Shown here one piece after another: positions 25,523 through 37,480 of a stretch of 64,000 bases of DNA. A program made the translations under genes and the position numbers. The notes beneath the pieces are model-generated. The model searched no databases and had not been told where the DNA came from. It was given only the letters and a program-made list of their open reading frames with translations. Positions within the stretch are counted from its first letter, which is position 1; each line of letters opens with the position of its first letter. This stretch comes from Centroscyllium fabricii (lineage: Eukaryota), in the NCBI GenBank assembly GCA_051313645.2, contig JBNRSN020000031.1, positions 9,982,001-10,046,000 on the forward strand, read 5' to 3'.

Positions 25523-26339
25523 ACAGTCCTTACTATCGCCATATTATACATAATACTTTTTATAATCAGTGATACACATGCAACCTTTACAATATAATCC
25601 CAATTAATATACGCACAAAGCAATACAATATACACTTTGTAAAGTGAATCAAAGCTCTAGCGGGTTGTTAGACCTGAATTTGGGAGATTTATTGATGTAT
25701 CCCAGGCTGTTAAGCAAAGCAAAAGAGTGCGCAGGCCACGAGCCACTGGGGGGAGCGCGCAGGCCCCGAGCCACTGGCAGGAGCGCGCAGGCCCCGAGCC
25801 AGAGGCCCTGACCAGCAGTTTTCAATCCTCTCTGGCTTCAGGTGTGGTGCCGGAGGACTGCTAATGTGGTACCTTTGTTTAAAAAGGGAGAACAGGATAG
25901 ATCGAGTAATTGCAGGCCAGTCAGCCTAACCTCGGTGGTTGGAAAATTATTGAAAAGAATTCTGAAGGACAGGATAAATCTTCATTTAGAAAGACACCGA
26001 CTAATCAAGGATAGTCAGCACGGATTTTGTTGAGGGAAGGTCGTGTCTGACAAACCTGATTGAATTTTTTGAGGAGGTAACAAGGAGGGTAGATGAGGGT
26101 AGTGCGTTTGATGTAGTTTATATGGACTTTGGCATGGATTTTGATAAGGTTCCACATGGCAGACTGGTCACGAAGTTAAAAACCTATGGGATCCTGGGCA
26201 AAGTGTCAAGTTGGATTCAAAACTGGCTTAGAGACAGGAAGCAGAGGGTAATGGTTGATGGGTGTTTGTGTGACTGGAAGGCCGTTTCCAGTGGGGTTCC
26301 GCAGGGCTCAGTACTAGGTCCCTTGCTTTTTGTAGTATA

Positions 26340-29300
26340 CAGGTTGGGCACCGGTAATCCGGCACCCGATGGTCCGGCACGAAATCAAAGTAGCGATCTT
26401 CAGATTGCTGAGCAGCCGCTCGGCTGCGCCAGCGTTTTCCACAGTTTAGTTTGCTGGTATTTTAGGTGTTCTATCCCCGGGCTCTCTTCCGGGGAGTGTT
26501 CCGCCCGCATGCTCCAGTCCCAGGGAGTGCTCTACGGCGCGCTCCGGCCCCGTGGAGTGCTCTACCTGCGTGCTCCGTCCCCGTGGAGTGCTCCACCCGC
26601 GAGCTCCGGCCCTGTTGAGTGCTCTACCCGCGAGCTCCGGCCCTGTTGAGTGCTCTACCCGCGAACTCTGGTCCTGTGGAGTGCCCTACCCGCGAGCCCC
26701 GTCCCCGTGGAGTGCTCTACCCGCGTGCTCCGTCCCCGTGGAGTGCTCTACCCGCGAGCTCCGGCCCCGTGGAGTGCTCTACCCGCGAGCTCCGGTCCCA
26801 TGGAGTGCTCCAAACACGAGCTCCGGCCCCGTGGAAGGCTCTACCCGCGAGCTCCGGCCCCATAGTGTGCTCTACCCGCGAGCTCCAGCCTCGGGGAGTG
26901 CTCTATGGCGCGCTCCGGCCCCGTGGCGTGCTCTACCCGCGTGCTCCGTCTCTGTGGAGTGCTCTACCCGCGAGCTCCGTCTCCGTGGAGTGCTCTACCC
27001 GCGAGCTCTGGCCCCGTGGAGTGCCCTACGCGCGAGCTCCGGCCCCGTGGGGTGCTCTGCCCACGAGCTCCGGTCCCGTGGAGTGCTCTGCCCACGAGCT
27101 CCGGCCCCGTGGAGTGCTCTACCCAGGAGCTCCAGTCCCGTGGAGTGCTCTACACGCGAGCTCCGGCCCCGTGGAGTGCTCTACCCGCGAGCTCCGGTCC
27201 CGAGGAGTGCTCTACCCTTGAGCTCCAGCCCCGTAGAGTGCTCTACCTGCGAGCTCCGGTCCCGTGGAGTGCTCTGCCCGCGAGCTCCGGTACCAGGAAG
27301 TGCTCTACGGCGCGCTCCGGCCCCGGGGAGTGCTCTACGGCACGCTCCGGCCCCATGGAGTGCTCTACCCGCGTGCTCCGTCCCCGTGGAGTGCTCTACC
27401 CGCGAGCTCTGGTTCCGTGGAGTGCTCTACCCGCGAGCTCCTGCCCTGTGGAGTGCTCTACCCACGAGCTCCGGTCCCGTGGAGGGCTCTACCCACGAGC
27501 TCCGGTCCCGTAAAGTGCTCTAGCCGCGAGCTCCGGTCCCGTGGTGTGCTCTACCCGCGAGCTCTGGTCCCGTGGCATGCCCTACCCACGAGCTCCGGTC
27601 CCATGGAGTGCTCTACCCACGAGCTCCGGCCCCAGGAAGTGCTCAGCGGCACGCTCCGGTCCCATGGAGTGCTCTACCCGCGGGCTCCGGTCCCAGGGAG
27701 TGCTCTACCCGCGAGCTCCGGTGCCGTAGAGTGCTCTACCCGCGAGCTCCGGTCCCGTGGAGTGCTCTACCCGCGAGCTCCGGTCCCGTGGAGTGCTCTA
27801 CCCATGAGCTCCGGCCCCGTGGAGTGCTCTACTCGCGAGCTCCGGCCCCAGGGAGTGCTCTGCGGCACGCTCCGGTCCCGTGGAGTGCTCTACCTGCGAG
27901 CTCCGGTCCCAGGGAGTGCTCTACCCGCGAGCTCCGGTCCCAGGGAGTGCTCTACCCGCGAGCTCCGGTCCCAGGGTGTGCTCTACCCACGAGCTCCGGT
28001 CCCAGGGTGTGCTCTACCCGCGAGCTCCGGTCCCGTGGAGTGCTCTACCCACGAGCTCCGGTCCCAGGGAGTGCTCTACCCGCGAGCTTCGGTCCCAGGG
28101 AGTGCTCTACCTGCGAGCTCCGGCCCCGTGGAGTGCTCTACCCGTGAGCTCCGGTCCCAGGGAGTGCTCTACCCGCGAGCTCCGGTCCCAGGGAGTGCTC
28201 TACCCTTGAGCTCCGGTCCTGTTGAGTGCTCTACCCGCGAACTCTGGTCCTGTGGAGTGCCCTACCCGCGAGCTCCGTCCCCGTGGAGTGCTCTACCCGC
28301 GTGCTCCGTCCCCGTGGAGTGCTCTACCCGCGTGCTCCGTCCCCGTGGAGTGCTCTACCCGCGAGCTCCGGCCCCGTGGAGTGCTCTACCCGCGAGCTCT
28401 GGTCCCATGGAGTGCTCAACCCACGAGCTCCGGCCCCGTGGAAGGCTCTACCCGCGAGCACCGGCTCCATAGTGTGCTCTACCCGCGAGCTCCCGGGGAG
28501 TGCTCTACGGCGCGCTCCGGCCCCGTGGCGTGCTCTACCCGCGTGCTCCGTCTCCGTGGAGTGCTCTACCTGTGAGCTCTGGTCCCATGGAGTGCGCTAC
28601 CCGCGAACTCTGGTCCCGTGGAGTGCCCTAGCCGCGAGCTCCGGCCCCGTGGGGTGCTCTGCCCATGAGCTCCGGTCCCGTGGGGTGCTCTACGCATGAG
28701 CTCCGGCCCCGTGGAGTGCTCCACCCAGGAGCTCCAGTCCCGTGGGGTGCTCTACACGCGAGCTCCAACCCCGTGGAGTGCTCTACCCGCGAGCTCCGGT
28801 CCCGAAGAGTGCTCTACCCTTGAGCTCCAGCCCCGTAGAGTGCTTTACCTGCAAGCTCCGGTCCCGTGGAGTGCTCTGCCCGCGAGCTCCGGTACCAGGA
28901 AGTGCTCTACGGCGCGCTCCGGCCTCGGGGAGTGCTCTACGGCACGCTCCAGCCCCGTGGAGTGCTCTACCCGCGTGCTCCGTCCCCGTGGAGTGCTCTA
29001 CCCGCGAGCTCTGGTTCCGTGGAGTGCTCTACCCGCGAGCTCCGGCCCTGTGGAGTGCTCGACCCACGAGCTCCGGTCCCGTGGAGTGCTCTACCCACGA
29101 GCTCCGGTCCCGTGGAGGGCTCTACCCACGAGCTCCGGTCCCGTAAAGTGCTCTACCCGCGAGCTCCGGTCCCGTGGCGTGCTCTACCCGCGAGCTCCGG
29201 TCCCGTGGCGTGCCCTACCCGTGAGCTCCGGCCCCGTGGGTTGCACGACCTCCGGTCCCATGGAGTGCTCTACCCGCGAGCTCCGGCCCCAGGGAGTGCT

Positions 29301-30000
29301 CAGCGGCACGCTCCGGTCCCGTGGAGTGCTCTACCCGCGAGCTCCGGTCCCAGGGAGTGCTCTGCCCGTGAGCTCCGGTCCCAGGGAGTGCTCTACCCGC
29401 GAGCTCCGGTCCCGTGGAGTGCTCTACCCTTGAGCTCCGGTCCTGTTGAGTGCTCTACCCGCGAACTCTGGTCCTGTGGAGTGCCCTACCCGCGAGCTCC
29501 GTCCCCGTGGAGTGCTCTACCCGCGTGCTCCGTCCCCGTGGAGTGCTCTACCCGCGTGCTCCGTCCCCGTGGAGTGCTCTACCCGCGAGCTCCGGTCCCA
29601 GGGAGTGCTCTGCCCGCGAGCTCCGGTCCCAGGGAGTGCTCTACCCGCGAGCTCCGGTCCCAGGGAGTGCTCTACCCGCGAGCTCCGGCCCCGTGGAGTG
29701 CGCTACCCGTGAGCTCCGGTCCCAGGGAGTGCTCTACCCGCGAGCTCCGGCCCCGTGGATTGCTCTACCCGCGAGCTCCGTCCAGCATCTTCAGTGGTCC
29801 TTGTAGTGTTCTACCCGCGCACTGTGGCCACTTGGACTGTTCCACCCGCGCACTGTGGCCAGTTGGACTGTTCCACCCGCGCACTGCAGCCACTTGGACT
29901 GCTCTACCCGCACGCTCTGCGAACCTGCAGTGGTTTGGAATTTTCAATGGTTGGGCACCGGCCTGGTCCCGAGGGTGCCGGATTACCGGTGCGCAACCTG
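26340..30000. mobile_element. TA-flanked MITE inflated to 3.66 kb by an internal minisatellite, nested in CR1 RT
   Basis: TIR CAGGTTG(G/C)GCACCGGTAATCCGGCACCC, TA TSD; flanks rejoin as GPLLFVVY|IND. Confidence 0.92.
26490..29915. repeat. Minisatellite, 31-bp unit, ~110 copies, inside MITE
   Basis: GTGGAGTGCTCTACCCGCGAGCTCCGGTCCC. Confidence 0.97.
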
Positions 30001-31089
30001 TACATCAACGATCGAGACTTTAATATAGGGGGTATGATTAAGAAGTTTGCAGATGAGACGAAAATCGGCTGTGTGGCTGATACTGAAGAAGGAAACTGTA
30101 GACTGCAGGAAGATATCACTAAATTGGTCAGGTGGGCAGAACAGTGGCAAATGGAATTCAATCCAGAGAAGTGTGAGGTAATACATTTGGGGAGGGCTAA
30201 CAAGGAAAGGGAATACACACTAAATGATTGGGCACTGAGTAGTGTAGAGGAACAAAGGGACCTTGGAGTGAATATCCACAGATCCCTGAAGGTAGCAGGC
30301 CAAGTAGATAAGGTGGTTAAGAAGGCATATGGAATGCTTGCCTTTATTAGCTGTGGCACAGAATACAAGAGCAGGGGGGTTATGCTTCAATACTAGTTGG
30401 GCCTCAGCTGTTCTGGTCACCACATTACAGGAAAGATGTGATGGCACTAGAGGGTAGAGGAGATTTACAAGGATGTTGCCGGGAGTAGAGAATCTTGAGC
30501 TATGAGGAAAGACTGGATAGGCTGGGTCTGTTTTCCTTGGAACAGAGGAAGCTGAGGGGAGATCCTTATTGAGGTGTATAAAATTATGAGGGGCATAGAT
30601 AAAGTGGATAGAAAGGACCTATTTCTCTTAGCAGAGGGGTCAAAAACCAGGGGGCACAGATTTCAAGTAATTGGGGGAAGGTTTAGAGGGGATTTGAGGG
30701 GAAACGTCTTCACCCAGAGGGTTGTGGGGGTCTGGAACTCACTGCCTGAAAGGGTGGCAGAGGCAGGAACCCTAACCACATTTAAAAAGTATTTGGATGT
30801 GCACTTGGGATGCTCTAACTTGCAGGGCTACGGACCAAGAGCTGGGATGTGGGATTAGGCTGGATAGCTTTTTGTTGGCCGGCGCGGACACAATGGGCCG
30901 AAATGGCCTCCTTCCGTGCTGTAACTTGCTATGATTCTATGAAAAGATCACTATTTATTCCTTACAACATCTTTTCCCAAATCTTTGGCTGCTTTCAGTG
31001 CCACCCTGTCAAATGAACTGGGTAAAACCTACAATTGAACTGATTTAGAGGGGAACCAGACAACAGGTCTACTGTGGATGTGAAGGCTA

Positions 31090-31682
31090 CATAACACAAG
31101 AAATGGGAGCAGGAGTAGGCCATTCAGCTCTTCGCGCCTGCTCTGCCGTTCAATGAGATCATGGCTGATCTTCTGCCTCAATTCAATTCACCGGCCCTAT
31201 CGCCATATCCCTTGATGCCCTTACCAGTCAGAATTCTATTGACTTCTGTTTTGAATATACCCAATGACTGAGCCGACACATCCCTCTGGGGTAGAGAATT
31301 CTAAAGATTCACCACCCTCTGTGATGAAATTTCTTCTCATCTCAGTCCTGAATGGCCTACCCTTTATCCTGAGGCTGTGGCCCCTGGTTCTAGATTTCCC
31401 AGCATCCACCCTATCAAGCCTTGAAAGAATTTTGTATGCTTCAATGAGATCCCCTCTCATTCTTCTGAATTCAAGAGAATACAGGCCTAGTTTACTCAAT
31501 CTCTTCTCATACGACAATCCTGCCATCAGGAATCAATCTCATGAACCTTCGTTGCAGTCCCTCTATGGCAAGTATATGCTTCCTTAGGTAAGGAGACCAA
31601 AATTGTACACAGTACTCCAGGTGTGGTCTCACCAAGGCCCTATATAATTGGAATAAGACTTCTTTACTCGTGTACTCAAATC
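31090..31682 (-). mobile_element. CR1 3' fragment
   Basis: LGLYSLEFRRMRGDLIEAYKIL. Confidence 0.87.
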
Positions 31683-32296
31683 ATACATGTTCCATTGAAA
31701 GCCCTTTGCCTGGGTCCCCTCTAAACAGCATGCTGAATGTTCCACCTTTCACCCCTTATCCACGTTGAACAAGTCTTGACCTGGCAGCTCTGCGCACCAA
31801 CAAAGTAGAGCTGAACTGGCCAACTAAAATGGTCCCTACACTCCAGCCACAACACCAGTAACCAATTGTTTTCTTGCTGCTTGCAAAAGACTGGAGGACT
31901 GCCGACGTTGTGCCATTGTTTAAAAAAAGGGAGAAGGGGACAGACCGGGATAGACCCAAGTGTTTACAGGCCAGTCGGCCTAACCTCAGTAATGGGAAAA
32001 TTATTGGAAAAAATTCTGAGGGACAGTATAAAATAATTTAGAAAGTCATGGATTAATCAAGGACAGTCAACATGGACTTGTTAAGGGAAAGTCATGTCTG
32101 ACTAACTTGATTGAGTCTGCAGATGATACAAAAATTGGCCCTCTAATTGATAGTGGGGAAGATAGTTGTAGACTGCAGGAAGATACCAATGGACTGGTCA
32201 GGTGGGCCGAACAGTGGCAAATGGTATTCAATCCGGAGAAGTGTGAGGTAATGCTTTTGGGAAGGGCTAACAAGGCAAGGGAATGCACAATGAACT

Positions 32297-32680
32297 GGGC
32301 GGCACAGTGGCATAGTGGTTAGCACTGTTGCCTCACAGCACCAGAGACCCGGGTTCAAATCCAGCCTTGGGTACTATCTGAGTTTGCACATTCTCCCCGT
32401 GTCTGCGTGGGTTTCCTCCGGGTGCTCCGGTTTCCTCCCACAGTCCAAAGATGTGCGGGTTAGGTTGATTGGCCATGATAAATTGACCCTTAGTGTTAGG
32501 GGGATTAAATATGTGGGATATGTGTCGGTGCAGGCTCGATAGGGATCGAAGGATATGGAGAAAAGGAAGGGACCGGGTGCTGAGTTTGGATGATCAGCCA
32601 TGATCTCATTGAATGGCGGAGCAAGCTCGAAGGGCCGAATGGCCTACTCCTGCTCCTATCTTCTATGTTTCTATTTTTCT
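32297..32680 (+). mobile_element. HE1-type V-SINE nested in CR1
   Basis: Head, core and tail present; ATGAA duplicated at flanks. Confidence 0.88.
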
Positions 32681-33274
32681 ATGAATGGTAGGATACTGAG
32701 AAATGTAGAAGAACAGATAGCATATACACAGATCCCTGAAGGTAGCAGGAAAAGTAGATAAGGTGGTTAAAGGCGACATACGGGATACTTTCCTTTAAGG
32801 CCCTGTCACACCTTGACGTTTTAGCTTGCGTATGCAAATTTGGCCGATACGCTGGTATACGTTGGACAAGTTATGGGTACGTTATGCATACGGTAAGAGC
32901 ACGTTGCCATACGCTGGACATAAGCTGTATACGTCGTTTAAGTCGTGATTTTTTGTGCATGCACAAAAAATCACGACGTATAAATGTAACTCTTCATACG
33001 CTCAGCATACGCTGAACATACGTTGTAGGCACGTTAGGCGACCGTTGACACACTTTAGTCATAAGTCATCATACGTCGAGATAATGCCTATTTTTCCAGG
33101 AACTTATGTCTAACCTATGAGTAACGTGCTTTGAACTTATGTGCAACGTATCTCCAACGCATATTGACGTATGTAGACGTATTTGACGTCTTGCGGACGA
33201 CCACAGACCTTACTGAACGTGTTTCTAACTTACAGCTAACGTATAATGGCGTACTGGCAGCGTTGGGAATTTGG

Positions 33275-33311
33275 TATATAAAAAGGGGTTTCACAGGAGG
33301 AACCAGTCAGT
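33275..33311 (+). promoter_or_regulatory. TATA box and Inr-like site of transposase gene
   Basis: TATATAAAA at 33275 with CAGTCAGT ~30 nt downstream, ATG at 33335; AATAAA at 34867 after the stop. Confidence 0.6.
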
Positions 33312-33334
33312 GTTCCAGACTCCATGGTGAGCAG

Positions 33335-34839
33335 ATGTCCATTATCCAAGAGATGGAGGATCCGGCAAGACGAGAATTACTACTAGCTGTCCTCCAACGT
33401 CAACAAGCACTCTTCAATTTTGCACTGTACCAGAGGCGTGCCAAAAGAGCCAAGAGAAGATTAGCTGAACGGAGGAGAAGGAACTGGGTGAGACCATGGA
33501 TCGGGAGGCGACGGCAGTTTGGCATGTATGACCAGCTCATGGTGGAACTCCGTAACGAGGACCATGCATCCTTCACCAACTTCCTGCGTATGCCCCCAGC
33601 GATGTTCGACGAGCTGCTAGCCAGAGTGGGTCCAAGGATAACCAAGCAGTACACCTTCTACAGGGATCCGCTTGAGCCTGGCATGAAGCTGGCACTGACT
33701 TTGCGTCACCTTGCCTCTGGAAACAAGTATGCCTCGATGAAGTTCGCATGGAGGGTCCCTCACAACACCCAGTCCATAGTGGTCAGAGAAGTCTGTCAAG
33801 CCATTATTGACGAATACGTGGATGAGGTGATGGTTTGCCCAACTACTCCTGATGGTTGGCGCGCCATAGCTGACAAGTTCTTCCAAAGATGGAACTTTCC
33901 CCATACATGTGGGGCACTTGACGGGAAGCACGTGGCCTGCCGCTGTCCTCCAAAGACTGGGTCACAGTACTACAATTACAAAGGATTCTACTCCATTGTT
34001 CTGATGGCGCTTGTAGATGCAGACTACAAATTTATTTGGGCAGATGTCGGCGGTACTGGATCTGCATCAGATGCGCAGATATACAATGGCTCTGAGCTAA
34101 AGCAATGCGCTGAAGACGGTACCCTTGGTTTCACTGACCCTGAGCCTCTTCCCTACGACAACCAGGACGTGCCTTACTTCTTCATCGGTGACGATGCCTT
34201 CGCCTTACGACCAACCATGATGAAGCCATTCAGCCTCCGTGGAATGACGAATGAAGAACGCATCTTCAACTACAGGCTTAGCCGAGCAAGAAGGGTAGTA
34301 GAAAATGCATTCGGCATCCTGGCTAACAGATTCCAGGTTCTGCTAAGTACCATGCAGCATCACCCCTCCACTGTCAAGCTCATTGTCAAAGCATGCTTGA
34401 TCCTGCACAACCTCATGAGGACCAGGTAATTAATGTTTACATAGCATATATTATACAGTATACAATGAAATTTAACTTTTAGCCTATGCTTATAAACATT
34501 ATATGATTTAATTTAAATTTTACATGTATCATTATATTACTTTTTAATGTACAGCGCATTAGAATATATGTTTTCATTATAGGTGCACTTTATAAGTAAA
34601 TAAAATCAAATTCAAATTCCAGGTACCCAGGACTACAGAACCAGCAGCTTGACCAGGCAGAAAATGAGAACCGCGACCTTGTTCCAGGAGCATGGCGAAA
34701 GGGACATCAGTTGGAGGATACACAGACAGCTACTGGCCCCAACACTGCCTCCAAGGAAGGAAGGAAACAGAGGAATCTCCTCAAGCACTGGGTTAACTCC
34801 ACAGCTGGCGCAGTTCCGTGGCAAGATAGGATGATTTAG
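33335..34839 (+). CDS. Harbinger DDE transposase, two exons (33335-34425, 34623-34839), ~435 aa
   Basis: Motifs FxNFLRM, LALTLRHLASG, WNFPHTCGALDGKH, YYNYKGFYSIVLMALVDADYKF, IGDDAF, FNYRLSRARRVVENAFGIL; exon 2 supplies C-terminal PGAWR...GAVPWQ in frame. Confidence 0.9.
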
Positions 34840-35662
34840 TTTTTTGTATTACAGCATTGTTCAGGCAATAAAGAGACTTTCCTCCTGAAATGAACATCTT
34901 AAAGCCTTTTTTTCAATTATCCACTTTTCAATATACATGTACATTATATTATTATACCTTTTTCAAAGTGATTGAATTTATTATTGTTAATTATTGTTGT
35001 AATGATTTAAATATTAAAGCAATAAAATCAGCAAACATCAACAGTTTGCTCAACTTTTATTAAATCTGTAGTGGTATGATTTGAATCGTCCAATGGCAGC
35101 CTTTGAAAAGTCTGCACCACGTGATCTTTGGCGATACGCTGTCGCGCGCTATGCATACGTTAGACTATCGTTGGGCATACGTTATGAATACGCTACTAAA
35201 CCGCAAAAATTGAACAAAGTGTCAAAAGTTTAGCGTTTTAGACTCATTTGCATAGGCTGGCTAAAACGTCTAGGTGTGACAGGGCCTTTAATAGCCGAGG
35301 CATAGAATAAGAGCAGAGAGGCTATGCTAGAACTGTATAAACCACTAGTTAGGCCGCAGCTGTGTCAGTGAATAATTGAGCAACTGACTGATCTAACAGG
35401 AGCAAATGAGAGACACCTAATCACTTGTGCTAATTTAAATCTTGGTTTATCCATTTACCTTCGGTTACTTGTAACTGACTCAGAATAAATAGAGATCTGA
35501 TCCCAGCACAAACAGTCAATGGGCCAAACCATTCACTCCAGCTTTATAGATTAAAGGCAGCAAGTGTAACCCTGATTATCCTTAAGTTTATAGAAATGTT
35601 GATCCAAGCAGAATATTTTAGGTTTAGCTCATTCCGACTTTCGGAGTTCTGTTCAGACCTAC

Positions 35663-35798
35663 CTCCTCTCAAATCCAGATCCGTATGCATACTGCTGCCG
35701 CTGCCCCATACCTGTTGCAGGTGGGCGACTGTAAGGGTCTCCCATTCCAGCATTGGAAGCAGGTCCGGGAGACATGAAAGGGTCAGTCCCAGGAGTTG
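35663..35798 (-). CDS. ARID1A: ARID1A exon 15 equivalent, 136 nt
   Basis: ATPGTDPFMSPGPASNAGMGDPYSRPPATGMGQRQQYAYGSGFERR; ag/gtaggt, phase 1-2. Confidence 0.92.
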
Positions 35799-35948
35799 CT
35801 GGAAGAGAGACACATTTCACTACATGTTACAATACAAACACCTCCCCAAAATAATGGCAAGAAAGCTTTCGGCCAAGTCAAATTTACTGACCAAGTCGTA
35901 AAAAGTTTCCATTCTCAAGACATAGTTTTAAAAACGAACTATTTCTAC

Positions 35949-36121
35949 CTTTCCTCATCCCACCAAATGGATCCTTGTTCGGCTCGTATGACATGCGGGC
36001 CATTAAATCTGTGGTGTTCATGCCGGGTGGATACGCAGGGCTTGGAGTCACAGCGGTCCTCTTTTGGAAAGCTGGGTCACTGCTGTCTGCAAACGGATCC
36101 TGGACACTCACAGAGTTGCTC
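35949..36121 (-). CDS. ARID1A: ARID1A exon 14 equivalent, 173 nt
   Basis: [21 protein letters not shown]...[15 protein letters not shown]; ag/gtagaa. Confidence 0.95.
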
Positions 36122-36626
36122 CTGAATTTTAACACAGCATGTTAGACCGGTGTAAATCATTTGCAAGATGGCAATCCCTTCCTACCAACAATTGACACAA
36201 CTAAATAACATTAGTTAGAAATGTGGGGGAGAATGCATCACAAAGCAACCAGTTCCTCAGCTGGATGGTCACAGGTTCCATTCCATTGGCCGCCCATCTC
36301 TCAAACCAGCCGATTACACCTGGCACCAGTGCGGCATAAAACCAGTCTGCTTAGTTTTATTTTTCTTCTTTGTTCATGGTCTGATCATCCCCATATCTTC
36401 CCCAGAGTTCGCTGCTCGATTTGATACCAGCCCCTCCCCCCACCGTCCCTTTCTTTGGGAACAAACCCTTGGCCGTGAGTGAAGCAACAACTGAAGTGAA
36501 GACAACTCCATCATTACTGCAGTCAGCCCACAATCAACACAGTCCCAGGAAATTAGATGCATTGAGAATTTAACCGCAATTATTTACCATGAACTGGTGC
36601 ACCTTTTAAATGACAGTTGGGTTTAC

Positions 36627-36759
36627 CTGGAACCTGGCATTGGCTGCATATGGCTATGGGGCGTTGAGGCGGGCGTCGGTGGCTTTAAATCTCCTCCCTC
36701 TGCCATCGAGCTGCTGGTGGACTGTGGGGTCTGAGGACCCTGCAGGGAACCTGAACCAG
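36627..36759 (-). CDS. ARID1A: ARID1A exon 13 equivalent, 133 nt
   Basis: [45 protein letters not shown]; ag/gtaaac. Confidence 0.95.
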
Positions 36760-37480
36760 CTGCAAGAGAGAGAGACATGGCTTATGTTACCGTTATAATA
36801 GACACAATGGCCCAGAATTTCCTGAAAGCTTGTGCTGATTTATGGTGTAAATATCGAGGGGAGAGAAAGACGGGGGCAGGTGGGGGAGAGAAGAAGAGAA
36901 AGAAAGTCGGGGGCTGAAAGAGAAAGAAAGACAGGGGAAGGGAGATAAAGAGAGGGGGGGCGGAGAAAATGTCACTTTCCAAAGCTGCGAACTGCATACA
37001 GTTGGTTTGAGCTGGAACAGAATGCTGCATTTTCATCAAATCCAACTGTAGACCAAAGACAGGCATCATTCTCGCTTCATCCTCTCACTCACTATACTCC
37101 TCCCTGCCCGCTGGTAATGCTGTTCCAAAGTTCTAAGCCCTGCAATCTCCAGCAGCACTGGCGGGGAACGCGCATTATCCACCTCAGTTGGGAGGGAGGA
37201 GTGACGCAGTAACTGCAGCCGCTCTGTCAATCCATAATGAGCTGAGGAAGGGATGGTGTCTCCACTGAAGACATTCACACACTCAGCACATGCACGAGGG
37301 GCAGTGAAGAGTAGGATCTGATTGGAGTCTTGTTGTGGAGAGGTACCTTTCGCCCAGATCAGAGAGCCCACAGCAGGGCTTGAAATAAACCCAATCCAAC
37401 AAAATTAATTCAACATCAAAATAATTATCTTCAGGAGCTCGCTGCTGAAAACTAGCATCATGGTATTAAATTTAAATATT

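Larger units (their letters stand above)
25805..30942 (+). mobile_element. CR1 LINE (RT region to 3' tail) split by MITE 26340-30000
   Basis: RPVSLTSVVGK, DKVPHGRL, GVPQGSVLGP | KFADETKIG, FTQRVV; TTCTATGA tail. Confidence 0.9.
32798..35287 (+). mobile_element. PIF/Harbinger DNA transposon, 2490 bp
   Basis: TIR AGGCCCTGTCACACCT(T/A)GACGTTTTAGC...TATGCAAAT (~42 bp, few mismatches); TTA TSD at 32795-32797 and 35288-35290; interrupts a CR1 whose halves rejoin. Confidence 0.95.
31885..35362 (+). mobile_element. Deleted CR1 fragment hosting a SINE and the Harbinger element
   Basis: ADDTKIG, FNPEKCEV; sequence resumes after 35290. Confidence 0.8.

Noticed and set aside
26490-29915. CRISPR-like array or long repetitive proteins
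   Set aside because: Head-to-tail units without unique spacers in eukaryotic DNA; the ORFs are by-products of a GC-rich 31-bp unit cycling through frames
33131-34429. Domesticated HARBI1 host gene, or ORF-track boundaries as given
   Set aside because: Flanked by TIRs and a TSD inside a CR1, so it is a transposon; the likely start is ATG 33335 after the TATA box, and the stop at 34429 lies in an intron
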